From positions 1-64,000 of the forward strand of contig JBBDTI010000072.1 of NCBI GenBank assembly GCA_040904565.1: 64,000 nucleotides of DNA, in the 5' to 3' direction. Position numbers and translations under genes: made by a program. A model generated the notes under the pieces. That model was not told the DNA's origin. It saw only the letters and a program-made list of their open reading frames with translations, and ran no database searches. Of the stretch, positions 1-8,833 are shown in pieces. Origin of the DNA: Rhodothermales bacterium (GTDB lineage Bacteria; Bacteroidota; Rhodothermia; Rhodothermales; VXPQ01). Each line of letters starts with the position of its first letter. The stretch's first letter is position 1.

Positions 1-54
<54 letters not shown>

Positions 55-92
55 AGCCCGTTTCCTCTACAGGAGACGGGCTTTCTTTCTTG
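55..92 (+). terminator. Intrinsic terminator of tRNA-Asn
   Basis: 12-bp stem AGCCCGTTTCCT / AGGAGACGGGCT (one G-U pair), CTAC loop, followed by TTCTTTCTT. Confidence 0.85.
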
Positions 93-99
93 CTTGGAC

Positions 100-315
100 T
101 CATTGCGTCGCATCTGGTGACGCCCCAGGCAGTAAGAGGCAGGAAACGTTGTGGGGCTGCTCTCCCCAGTCCGAGAAGGCGCGCGGCAGGTGCACGAACT
201 TCTCGTGCCCGATGAGGTCGTCCATCGTGAGCGTGAGCGGCAGCCGCGAAACGAAGATCCGAGCCGTGCCACTGTCGTTCAGGGTGCGATTCTCCGTTGA
301 TGGTCAGGGTTAGCT
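100..315 (-). pseudogene. Frameshifted remnant of a cyclophilin-like fold protein
   Basis: Two frames give LTLTINGES / TLNDSGTARIFVSRLPLTLTMDDLIGHEKFVHLPRAFS, resembling the cyclophilin-like family motif TLxDSxTARDFxSxLPLTLxMxDL...EK; no intact ORF. Confidence 0.55.
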
Positions 316-699
316 TTATGCTGTCGCGCTGCGCAGAGGCGCTTCCGGCTCGGGTGGGTCTTCTATCCATAAGAAGGTGTATCTTCTACGATAGCCGGCA
401 CGACGTGCATCTATCCAGGGAGGCATGCGTCATGCTATTTTACTGGTGCAAATTCGCATCAATCACCGCGTCCGAATGTTTCCGGGATGCGATTACCTAC
501 GAAGATGAAGTCTGTCGACGGTTCAGAGTTCGAGCGCTCGATTGCGATGGGCTTCGCGTCATGTCCGCCGCGCGCTATCCCGTCTATATGGATTTCGTTC
601 GCTGGACGATGCTGCTTCGGACGCGAATGCTAAAGGTATTGCTGAAGCATAAAGTGAAGCCGGTTCTCGGGGCACAGAAGATCATCTACCGAAAGCCCC

Positions 700-1012
700 T
701 CAAGCGCTGGTCCGATCAATGTCTACGCAGTCTCCAATTGATCGAAGTTCGAAGAGCTGATTCAAACCTTTCCCGAGACCAGCGTTCAATCTACCCGGTC
801 TGATGTAGACGCGATGGAATGCCGCAAGCACGCTGATATGCGTTTTGAATGAGTCGTTCTCGTAGAGCATGGCCGCGGCGTGAAAGGTTGCATAACAGGC
901 TCGAGAGGCCCCACTGTCGTGAAGCATTCGGTCTAAGAAGGCGGGCGGCAGCGAGCGATTCCCGTGCGTGGTGAAAATTAGCTCGAATCAACTCTTCGCG
1001 AGGGTGACTCAT
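700..1012 (-). pseudogene. HEPN-domain protein remnant (MNT-HEPN type), frameshifted
   Basis: ATG 1012 MSHPREELIRANFHHARESLAAARLL, then another frame ASRACYATFHAAA...FKTHISVLAAFHRVYIRPGRL...GLNQLFELRSIGD, matching the SRxYYAxFHA...H..V...F...LR..GDY pattern. Confidence 0.7.
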
Positions 1013-1110
1013 ACGGCCATACGTTCTTCCTGCACGTTCCGGTACAGCTGCAGCCGCGTGTTGTCGAGCTCCTCGCTGAGCATCAGACGGCAGGCCTCCT
1101 GGAGTTGCAA
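1009..1110 (-). pseudogene. C-terminal remnant of a minimal nucleotidyltransferase (MNT) partner
   Basis: Ends ...LQLYRNVQEERMAV* (like the typical PLxxNVxREGxxV end of MNTs); stop overlaps the HEPN start as ATGA. Confidence 0.45.
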
Positions 1111-1384
1111 GCGGCGGTGCCACGCAGTGGCCCTGCCGCTTTTGCATTATTCTTGGGGATAGCCGCCGCTCGTTCGCATCGGATCAGTACAATCCGTTCG
1201 TGCGGAATTGGGCGCGCGAAAACTCGGGCCACAGCGACGGTCGTGGGGAAATCCCCCACACCAATCTGCGGAATGTGACGTAATACGGGGGTCGTTCAGG
1301 ACGTAATTTGATTATGTGCGTGTGGTCGTGCGACCGGCTTGCCATCGCATCATGCCCGTCTTCCCAACCCGACAAAATTCCGCT

Positions 1385-1927
1385 ATGGAAATTCAATTGT
1401 TTACGGATCGGAGCTTGTGGACGATGGTACACGGCATTGCCCTTACGGGCGCGGCCATGATGGCCCTCTCCGCCGTCCTCTTCTCTCTCCTCACTCTTCA
1501 CGCGGGCAACATAGACGAGCAGGCCGCTAGCATTCAGAGCCGCTACGTCGCCTGGCTGAGCGTCTTTGTCTCCGTAATGCTCTGGTCCACGGTGCTGGTC
1601 GGCACGTACGTGATCTTTCCATCCTATCGTGCCGTTCCGCCAGAAGGAGTGGCGGATCTGGGCATGTTTCCGAAGGCCCTTATTCAGGCGAATCCGGCCA
1701 CGGCCTGGTTGCATTCCTTCGGGATGGAGACGAAGGAGCACGTGCCGTGGATCACCGCAATGCTCGCGACGGCCGTAACCTTCGTCAGCATTCGCTACCG
1801 CGCACAGCTCCTGCGTGATGCGACGCTGAACAAAGCGGCGGCATGGCTGATCGGGATCTGCCTCGTACTGGTCTCCTACGTGGCCCTGCTCGGCGTCTTC
1901 GTTAACAAAGTCGCCCCTCTCGAGTAA
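1385..1927 (+). CDS. Uncharacterised four-TM membrane protein with His residues in or near helices
   Basis: ATG 1385; four hydrophobic segments; motifs MVHG, WLHSFGMETKEHVPW. Confidence 0.8.
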   Translation: MEIQLFTDRSLWTMVHGIALTGAAMMALSAVLFSLLTLHAGNIDEQAASIQSRYVAWLSVFVSVMLWSTVLVGTYVIFPSYRAVPPEGVADLGMFPKALIQANPATAWLHSFGMETKEHVPWITAMLATAVTFVSIRYRAQLLRDATLNKAAAWLIGICLVLVSYVALLGVFVNKVAPLE

Positions 1928-1944
1928 TTTTGCGGTATACGATC

Positions 1945-2274
1945 ATGGCTGTCTTCCAGGAAACCGGGACGGAAATCGCGAACGGCGCGGCGATGGCGGC
2001 GTACCTCTCCGCAGGCATCGGTTCGTTCGCAATGGGCTTCGTCGTTCTGCTTAATTCGATCGGACTCTTTCCGTTTCCCGCGCTCTATGCACCCGCCGGG
2101 GGCGTCACGACACGGACTACCGCCGCCGTGCTGCTCTGGCTTGGTGCCTGGGTGCTGCTGCACCGCCGATGGAAAGCCCGGGAGATCGACAGCCGGAAAG
2201 TTCTCCGGACGACGCTGGCGTTAATTGCGCTCGGGGTACTGCTTACTTTTCCGCCTTTGTGGCAGCTCCTCTAG
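1945..2274 (+). CDS. Uncharacterised small three-TM membrane protein, partner of the upstream gene
   Basis: ATG 1945, 17 nt after the previous stop; NGAAMAAYLSAGIG and LLTFPP motifs, hydrophobic helices. Confidence 0.75.
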   Translation: MAVFQETGTEIANGAAMAAYLSAGIGSFAMGFVVLLNSIGLFPFPALYAPAGGVTTRTTAAVLLWLGAWVLLHRRWKAREIDSRKVLRTTLALIALGVLLTFPPLWQLL

Positions 2275-2412
2275 GGACTGCATCCGATCGGCCGAGACTA
2301 TCAACCGTGCTCAGATTCAGTTTACCGTGGCAATCTGACACGATATTTATTTATCTGAGCGAGGCGGTCGAGTGTGTCGAACCCGATGTCTGCGAGCCCT
2401 CGCCACAGAGCG

Positions 2413-2859
2413 TCAAGATGAGTATGTCACGGGCTGCCATTTGGGGGCCGGCTCGCTGTCACGCTCGATGAAACCGACGACGAGCACGCCGCACGGCCTC
2501 AGTATGCGGTATGCCTCACGAAACATGGCCGATGCGTCGTCTACGAAGCAGATCGTGGTCACGCTCAGGGCAAAGTCGACGCTCTGATCCGAAAACGGGT
2601 GGGCTTCGGCTACTCCCTGGACGGCCTCGATGCCTCTCTTCGCTGCGTAGTCTAACATCTCCTCCGCCGGATCGATGCCCGCGTCTACTCCGAGCGGAGC
2701 CGCAAAACGGCCTATGCCGACGCCGATGGAGAGGTTCCGACCGCGCCATGGCAGCAGGGCTCGGACGGCCAGTAGCCCTCAATAATAGGCAGCCGGATGA
2801 CGATCGAACCAGGAGTCGTACCGGCGGTGATGGGTTCCAAAAGGTGACGTTCGCGGCAT
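2413..2859 (-). pseudogene. Class I SAM-dependent methyltransferase pseudogene
   Basis: RBS GAGGGG plus ATG 2859; RYDSWFDRH, in-frame TGA at 2779-2781 (codon 27), IGVGIGRFA, GIDPAEEML, TTICFVDD, EAYRILRP; C-terminus lost. Confidence 0.8.
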
Positions 2860-2891
2860 GATTTCCCCTCCGGCTTTCGTGCTCCTCGTCA

Positions 2892-3210
2892 TCATCGCGA
2901 CACGTCTATGACGGCCCCCAGGCCTCCCTCGACGAAATCGTCGCCCCACGCCTCGCGAAATAGACCGACTGCGCGATCTCCCGTACAGTGGCTCGGCGCC
3001 ACCTTTCTCACGCCCAATCCTTTCACACGATCGATGATCGACCGAATCTCGGCATCCGCGCGGCCGCTGAGGTGGAATCCCTCCGACGAGCAGGTGGGTC
3101 TCCTTACGGAGTTGGGCCGCGCGTTTTCGGCCATCTCGTCAATGCTGGGATGCCCGCACCACGTTATCACGACCAGTCCCGAGCCGGTGTCCACAGCCTG
3201 TCTCCGCCGA
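2892..3210 (-). pseudogene. C-terminal fragment of an MBL-fold metallo-hydrolase (COG1237-like)
   Basis: GLVVITWCGHP, GFHL, VAPSHCTG motifs; N-terminal HxHxDH half is absent. Confidence 0.7.
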
Positions 3211-3220
3211 CTCGAGAATC

Positions 3221-3445
3221 GCGCCGTTCCGCAGTCGATCTCACTCCCGTCGTACGGCATGCGACGTCAGATCGATCAAGCGTTGAATGGTGCATCAAGA
3301 TTGGAGAGGTCGTCAAGGCCGCCGGCCTGCGGCTCGGCTATCACGATCATCTCGTCGAACTCATCGTAGGCGAGAAGTTTCGGTGCGAGCACATCATGAA
3401 TGCGCTCGAGCCCGACCGGTCACCATGCAGTTTGGGCTCGCGTTC
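3221..3445 (+). pseudogene. Internally deleted remnant of a sugar phosphate isomerase/epimerase, paralogous to 10957-11892
   Basis: DNA matches about 11077-11130 (GTCGTACGGCATGCG...CAGATC) joined directly to about 11433-11610 (GCCGGCCTGCGGCTCGGCTATCAC...GCGCTCGAGCCCG...GGTCACCATGCAGTTT). Confidence 0.8.
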
Positions 3446-3454
3446 CCGCCCCGG

Positions 3455-4912
3455 TCAGTCCCCTCGCCCACCGTATGGCCACCACGGATTCTTGTAGGCT
3501 GGAGATTCGATGACGACCGCGCGGTCGCCCCGATGGTATGTCGCGCGGACCCGCACCCAGTGCTCGCTCCAGGGCATGGCGCCGATCTCCAGCCGGCCTG
3601 ATCCACCGGTCGTGGATGCCACGACCGCATCGTTGATTACCAGGTCGACGCGATCGACACGTGCGCCGTCGGCATTTTCTACGTGCACCTGAACCACGCC
3701 GAAATCCGGGCCCCATTCGAGATCTATGTCCGGGGTGCCGGGGCTCCCCGTAACCTCGGCCAGCAGCTCGAAAAAGTCGCGCTGCCGGTCCGACGTGATC
3801 TGCCAGTTCACCGGCACGCTCTGGTGACCGAGATTGTACTCCGTCGCCTCGTCCTCCCTCCGAAAATCGAAATATCCCCAGGAGGCCCCCTGTTTGACCG
3901 CGACGACGAAATTGTTTCCGTGCTCGCCCCATCCCTGCTCCTCGACGCGCCAGGGCTGATCGTCTTCATTCACGACAATGGGCATCGGCGCGTACGCATC
4001 CATGGACCGCACCGACCGGATCATCTCGACGATCCGCTCCGGATCACGGACGCCGTTACCGTGCAGGAGCACGTAGTCGGATGCCGCGACCACGTTGGCA
4101 GGCGGCACCGAGCCGCCGCCCAGGGACGTACTCACGAGAAGCGAGTGCCCGTCCCGCTCGATGCTTTGCACCCGTTCGATGAGCTCGTCGACGCGGTCGC
4201 ACCGCAGGATGGCGTGATCGTAGGCGATGTTGCATTCGTTGTTGATCTCGACGATGACGTTTCGATAGCCATGCTCGAGCACCCACTCGGTGGCGTTCTC
4301 GACTGCGCGGACGACGGCGACCTCATCTTCGAGCCGCTCGTCCTGTCCGAAATAGAAATAGCCGAGAATGGCGATCATTCCGAGCTCGTCGGCCCGGTCG
4401 AGGATGCGGGCGAGGCGCTCCATGTAGGCCCCTCGAAGGGATCCGTCCGGCGCAAAAGCGGAATTCTCCCATGGCTGCGAGCGGCAGTACCCATAGGGAC
4501 AACCGCCCTGGAGGTTGACCGTGAAGCCGATCAGGCCGTGTTCGCGCCATCCGGCCAGCGCCCGGGCGAACTCGTTGGTATTCCGGTCGGGATCCCAGCG
4601 CCTCGTGTCGGGATAGGCCCACTGGCCGCGCGTTTCAAGGTTCAGGTCGTCGAAGACGCCTTGCACGAGGCGGGCGTTCATCAGGAGCCCCTCGATGCTG
4701 TGCTCGTCCCCATCCGACGTGGTCCACGTGCGGCCGTCGTAGGTCGGGAGCCCGTTGACGTGGAAGGATTCACCCTCGATCGAGACGACGGTCTGCCGGT
4801 TCTGCGCGCCGGCGCTCGAAACTATCGACGTGCCCGTAAGACAGGCGAGCAGGATCAACAGGCGTGTTACGGGCGATGCCGGAGCGTGTGAAAGGATGCT
4901 TTTCATATTCAT
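3455..4912 (-). CDS. Secreted uncharacterised protein, putative clan GH-A-like TIM-barrel glycoside hydrolase with C-terminal beta-sandwich
   Basis: Signal peptide; EINNEC (NE acid/base-like) and IVVNED (nucleophile-like) motifs; start probably 4912 or 4906. Confidence 0.7.
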   Translation of the reverse strand: MNMKSILSHAPASPVTRLLILLACLTGTSIVSSAGAQNRQTVVSIEGESFHVNGLPTYDGRTWTTSDGDEHSIEGLLMNARLVQGVFDDLNLETRGQWAYPDTRRWDPDRNTNEFARALAGWREHGLIGFTVNLQGGCPYGYCRSQPWENSAFAPDGSLRGAYMERLARILDRADELGMIAILGYFYFGQDERLEDEVAVVRAVENATEWVLEHGYRNVIVEINNECNIAYDHAILRCDRVDELIERVQSIERDGHSLLVSTSLGGGSVPPANVVAASDYVLLHGNGVRDPERIVEMIRSVRSMDAYAPMPIVVNEDDQPWRVEEQGWGEHGNNFVVAVKQGASWGYFDFRREDEATEYNLGHQSVPVNWQITSDRQRDFFELLAEVTGSPGTPDIDLEWGPDFGVVQVHVENADGARVDRVDLVINDAVVASTTGGSGRLEIGAMPWSEHWVRVRATYHRGDRAVVIESPAYKNPWWPYGGRGD

Positions 4913-5043
4913 CGGATGGATCTGTCTTATGCATTCGCTACTGTGAGCGTATGGATTCGGCTCGCCGCGCGCCGATACTTCTCCGAACATATGCCGGTTA
5001 CCTTCGCGGATCGGGCCGCCGTGTGCCGGGGGTCGCTCATGGT

Positions 5044-7461
5044 TCATCTGCTGGATGCCTCGCCGGCGTCCGGTACCCGGTGGATGGTCTTGTGGATAGT
5101 GTGGCGCAGGGTCGTTCCATCCTCCGCCTGCACGTCGTACTCGATGGCCATCACCAGGCCCAGTGCCGCATCGATCTGCTCGGGAAGATTCTCCATCATC
5201 GGCACCCGCGCATCGATCGGACCGGGCTCGAGCGCCGGAATGTCCAGAACGACCGTTCTGCGATCGTCCGACAGGTGAACGGCCCGGACTTCAACCTGGT
5301 CAGCTCCGGTTTCGCCCGGATTATAAACCGAATAGACGCGTCCCCGCGCGCCGTATTGGCTCGTCCAGGGGTAGGTCCATTGTTCGATGCGGTAGTTGTC
5401 CACCTCGGTCGCAGACGGATCCAGGGGCTCGCTGAAGCGAAACTCGAGTCCGCCGGCTATCGTGCGCAGGGAGACGGGCAGGTGAAGCGGTTCTCCGGTA
5501 TATCGGACGCGGTGAAAAGAAGCCCAGTCGCCGCCGTGACCGGCGGACTGCCAGCCCGTCATGCCGGCGAGGTAGAGGTGCCCGTCTTCATGAAAACGGG
5601 CTCGTTCGAGGCCCGAATTGAAGCGGAGCGGAAGGACGAGGTGACCGCCCTGCCATTGCCCGTCCACGTCCTCCATGAGGACCAGGGACAGCGTGCCCCG
5701 GCCGTAGGAGGCGAGCAAAAGATGTCCCTGCAATTCGGCCGGCCATCGGTCACTGTCGATGAAGATCGGCTTGGCCGGGGAATTGTCGACGAAGTGCGGC
5801 GTCCACACGATCGGTTTCTGGAAATCGCGATCCGTCGGCATCTCGTCCATGTGTGCCGAGTGCACGAATCCATGAAAGGCGCCGGGGCGGATTCGCTGCA
5901 CGAATCCGGTGGGGATCCAATTGCCTTCGTTGTCGGCGTAGACGATTTCGTCATCCGGGCCGATCGCCATCCCGTTCGGGTTGCGCAGTCCGGTGGCGAC
6001 GACCTCCAAATCCGATCCGTCGGGAGGAACCCTGAACAGCACGCCGTGGTGAGGCGTGATTTCGGCCGGCACGTCCCGGACCACCGGCGGCCACGGCGTG
6101 GCCTTTGCGAAGTAAAAGTTGCCGTCCGAATCGGTTTCGAGGTTCATGGTGAAGGCGTGAAAGTTCGTCGCCGCCATCACGTCATTGTTGAAGTTCTCAT
6201 AGAAGTCCGCCTCGCCGTTTCCGTCGCGGTCGTGCAGGAGCGTGATCTGATCGCGACCGGTGACGTAAATGCGGTCGCCGACGACGCGGACGCCGAGCGG
6301 CTGGTTGAGTCCGGTGGCGAACCGTTTCCACCGTAGCGTCGAAGGGACTTCTGAGATACCGTCTACCAGCCAGACGTCACCGCTCAGAGAGGTCACGACG
6401 GCCCTTCCGTCGGACAGAAAATCCACATCCGTCAGCCGCATATGTGAATTCCACGGGTTGGGCACCGGCACCGTCAGTTCGTCGACCGCGAACGCACCGT
6501 CCTCCTCGCCCAGGACCGCCTTCGTCTCGAGCACTTCCCAGCGAGCCGGGCCGGGGCGCGTCAGCTCGGTCAGGGTGGGCAGCGGAGCAGCCCGGCGAAG
6601 GTAATCCCTCATATACTCCGCATCACCGGCGCGCTCGACCGGACCTATGGCAAGTTCGAAGCGCGAGGGGGACGCGGCATCGGGCCGGGTCAAGATGAGG
6701 TGCCGGTTTTCGAGCCGCCACTCCGCATCCTCCGGGACACCGCGAAAGCCCACGAGCCGCCGCTCGGCGCCGGCGACGATCTCCAGGTACCCGGTCGAAT
6801 CGGAAAGTCGGGTCCGTTCTATGCCGGCGGAAGGTCCGTCCGGCGCCTGAAGAATTTGCATCGATATCGGACCGCTTGCCGAGATCATCTCGACGGTTCT
6901 CGTGAAGACGGGCCGGCCTGAAACCCGCGTAAAGCCCGGCATCTCGAGGATGTCGCGGCCCGCGATCGAGTAGGAAAACACGACGTCGTCTCCATGAAGG
7001 TAGAGGCCGTTGTAGCGGCCCCGCTCCTTCGGGAGCGGACCGTAGCGCCAGGGACGCGGATCACTGAAATTGTCGGTCGTCCACCCCGGCCGGCGACCGG
7101 CGGTGAGATGCAGGAAGCCGTCGGGACTCGGCCAATCTTCGAGGCCGTCTCGCGCCGGGTACCAGTTGAGAAATCCACCTGTCCACGCCGCCGCGACGCG
7201 CAGCAGGTCCGTATCAAAAACCAATACGGCCTGGGAATCCACCTGAACGGCGACACCCTTCTCCACAAGGATGCCGTCCGCCGTAAGCGGATCGACGGAT
7301 ATCGTCGTGGAAACGAACGGGCCGTGATCCATACGATTCATGTTGTCGTGCCCGAAGAACTGGGCGGCGGACGGGATGCCCAGGATCGCCCAGAAAAGGC
7401 ACGGCAGCAGCGCAGCTACGCGTGCCCGGACTCTCAAGCCGCATCGTCTGCTCGTATTCAT
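5044..7461 (-). CDS. DUF6797-like / glucose-sorbosone dehydrogenase-like beta-propeller secreted protein
   Basis: Signal peptide; VFDTDLLRVAAAWTGGF, YNGLYLHGDDVVFSY, NPWNSHMR, FATGLNQPLG, ATGLRNPNG, DNEGNWIP motifs; no CxxCH. Confidence 0.75.
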   Translation of the reverse strand: MNTSRRCGLRVRARVAALLPCLFWAILGIPSAAQFFGHDNMNRMDHGPFVSTTISVDPLTADGILVEKGVAVQVDSQAVLVFDTDLLRVAAAWTGGFLNWYPARDGLEDWPSPDGFLHLTAGRRPGWTTDNFSDPRPWRYGPLPKERGRYNGLYLHGDDVVFSYSIAGRDILEMPGFTRVSGRPVFTRTVEMISASGPISMQILQAPDGPSAGIERTRLSDSTGYLEIVAGAERRLVGFRGVPEDAEWRLENRHLILTRPDAASPSRFELAIGPVERAGDAEYMRDYLRRAAPLPTLTELTRPGPARWEVLETKAVLGEEDGAFAVDELTVPVPNPWNSHMRLTDVDFLSDGRAVVTSLSGDVWLVDGISEVPSTLRWKRFATGLNQPLGVRVVGDRIYVTGRDQITLLHDRDGNGEADFYENFNNDVMAATNFHAFTMNLETDSDGNFYFAKATPWPPVVRDVPAEITPHHGVLFRVPPDGSDLEVVATGLRNPNGMAIGPDDEIVYADNEGNWIPTGFVQRIRPGAFHGFVHSAHMDEMPTDRDFQKPIVWTPHFVDNSPAKPIFIDSDRWPAELQGHLLLASYGRGTLSLVLMEDVDGQWQGGHLVLPLRFNSGLERARFHEDGHLYLAGMTGWQSAGHGGDWASFHRVRYTGEPLHLPVSLRTIAGGLEFRFSEPLDPSATEVDNYRIEQWTYPWTSQYGARGRVYSVYNPGETGADQVEVRAVHLSDDRRTVVLDIPALEPGPIDARVPMMENLPEQIDAALGLVMAIEYDVQAEDGTTLRHTIHKTIHRVPDAGEASSR

Positions 7462-7515
7462 GGTAATATTCGTAGGTCTATAAATCTGTATATACCCTAC
7501 CAAACGCGCGTATTC

Positions 7516-7989
7516 TCACTCCGTCGAGACAAGCCTGCCCTGCATCATCGTAAAGTGCCCTGAATACGTGCAAATATAAGGGTACGTGCCCGGGGGTGGA
7601 ACGACGAACGAGAAGGTATCCGATTCCCCCGGATACAGGAGACGACTATGAATGATGATGCGGTCCGTTTCGTCTTCCGGAATGTAATCATTCCGATGAG
7701 CATTGAGGGCCGCATTCCCAACAACCGTAATGTCCTCTTCGCTGCGCACGAGCACAAAATTATGGGTCATTTCGCTCCCGGCATTGTCGTACCGGATCGT
7801 CAGCGTGTCACCGGCGGTCGCCCGTATTTCCTTGACGTCGTAGCTCAATTCGATCCCGACCGACGCGATCACGACGGTGTCGCCGGCCGCAGCTGCGACG
7901 GGCGGCGCTACGACGTCGTAGCGCCGCACGTCGAGCGATCCGGCCGCAAGCCATAGGACGAACAGGGTCACTGAATATAGAGGTTTCAT
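7516..7989 (-). CDS. Auracyanin/azurin-like blue copper protein
   Basis: Type-1 copper ligands: THNFV and YICTYSGHFTMMQG (H...C-x4-H-x3-M); signal peptide from ATG 7989. Confidence 0.88.
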   Translation of the reverse strand: MKPLYSVTLFVLWLAAGSLDVRRYDVVAPPVAAAAGDTVVIASVGIELSYDVKEIRATAGDTLTIRYDNAGSEMTHNFVLVRSEEDITVVGNAALNAHRNDYIPEDETDRIIIHSRLLYPGESDTFSFVVPPPGTYPYICTYSGHFTMMQGRLVSTE

Positions 7990-8036
7990 ACGGCGCCGGC
8001 GACTGTTCGACATACTGTGCAACATACCGAAGAACA

Positions 8037-8190
8037 TCACTGCGACAACCCCGATTCGCGCCTTTCGTTCTGCAAACCGTCGTCGTCCACAGGAGCACCG
8101 CTCCCGGTGAGCCGGACGACCTGACCCTTCGAGTTGGACTCGTAACAGGCCTCTACGACGCGCAGCGTTCGGAGGTAGTCACCGATCGCT
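8037..8190 (-). pseudogene. C-terminal remnant of a probable Gfo/Idh/MocA oxidoreductase
   Basis: GDYLRTLRVVEACYESNSKGQVVRL resembles the terminal helix of Gfo/Idh/MocA proteins; stop lies 47 nt upstream of the blue copper gene's probable start. Confidence 0.5.
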
Positions 8191-8320
8191 GCTGAAATGA
8201 GACTGCAGTAATTCTTCGGCGTCCCGGCGCACGTCAGGCGCATCATTGCATGCGCGGTCCAGATAAGGCGTACGCTCCTCGGCGTCAAGTTCTACGACCG
8301 TCGCGAGAGATGCCGGATAA
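8191..8320 (-). pseudogene. N-terminal leader remnant of a Ser/Thr protein kinase
   Basis: LATVVELDAEERTPYLDRACNDAPDVRRDAEELL matches the AxELxPEERxAxLDxACxxDxxLRxEVExLL leader of kinases that accompany ECF sigma factors. Confidence 0.6.
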
Positions 8321-8355
8321 ACGACTGATGGGGCGGTCGCAGGCCGTGGAATAAA

Positions 8356-8408
8356 CCTACCCGGGGAGCCAAAGTATGCCCGCTTCCCTCCGGGAGACGG
8401 ACTTTTCT
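8356..8408 (+). repeat. Displaced tRNA-Asn 3' end plus decayed terminator (att-like direct repeat)
   Basis: CCTACCCGGGGAGCCAA identical to 39-55; followed by GCCCGCTTCCC-TCC-GGGAGACGGAC-TTTTCT, homologous to the terminator at 56-90. Confidence 0.85.
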
Positions 8409-8833
8409 CATACTTCTGAAAACGGGGTGATAACATCATCTACTTGTCGTCACCCGTAATGTCTCCGTCACCTGAGTGCACTCTAAGCACTTCGCACAGT
8501 CGGCGGACATCACGTATGGATTGGAAGGTCGTCGCCCGATCTGCGGTTCGCCGCGCGTTGTGAACGAGGTTATTCCTGATCTGAACACGATCTGAGCAGA
8601 ACAGCAGGGAATTGTTCCTCCATGAACGGAATCGGCAGTAGGATATCCGTCGATCTCCTTACACCTTGTTCATGGTCGAGTTGAGAGAATCGGTCGACGT
8701 ACTCCCAAGAATTCCCGGGGTTCGGCCACGGCCGTTTTCAATGGCTCGTACCGGGCGACGCGGCGGCATCAAGATGCGCAATGTCGTTTATTGGTCCCGT
8801 AGGTTATCCGACAAAAAAATCGCACGTGCTCCA

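Larger units (their letters stand above)
55..8372. mobile_element. Decayed tRNA-Asn-integrated genomic island (about 8.3 kb, no integrase found)
   Basis: Bounded by an exact 17-bp direct repeat CCTACCCGGGGAGCCAA (39-55 and 8356-8372); interior rich in pseudogene fragments. Confidence 0.7.

Noticed and set aside
297-803. 168-aa ORF next to the tRNA as a possible integrase
   Set aside because: No tyrosine or serine recombinase motifs, atypical composition, and it overlaps minus-strand remnants.
2779-2781. In-frame TGA in the methyltransferase as selenocysteine or readthrough
   Set aside because: The gene is also truncated downstream and lies among other pseudogenes; no SECIS-like element recognised.
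4864-6336. Long plus-strand ORFs (also 3683-4891, 19283-20422, 31743-33185, 61976-63481)
   Set aside because: Antisense shadows of well-supported genes, expected in high-GC DNA; translations have no recognisable motifs.
8410-8833. Possible further gene remnants or ncRNA between the att repeat and phyH
   Set aside because: No frame gave a recognisable motif and no convincing structure was seen.
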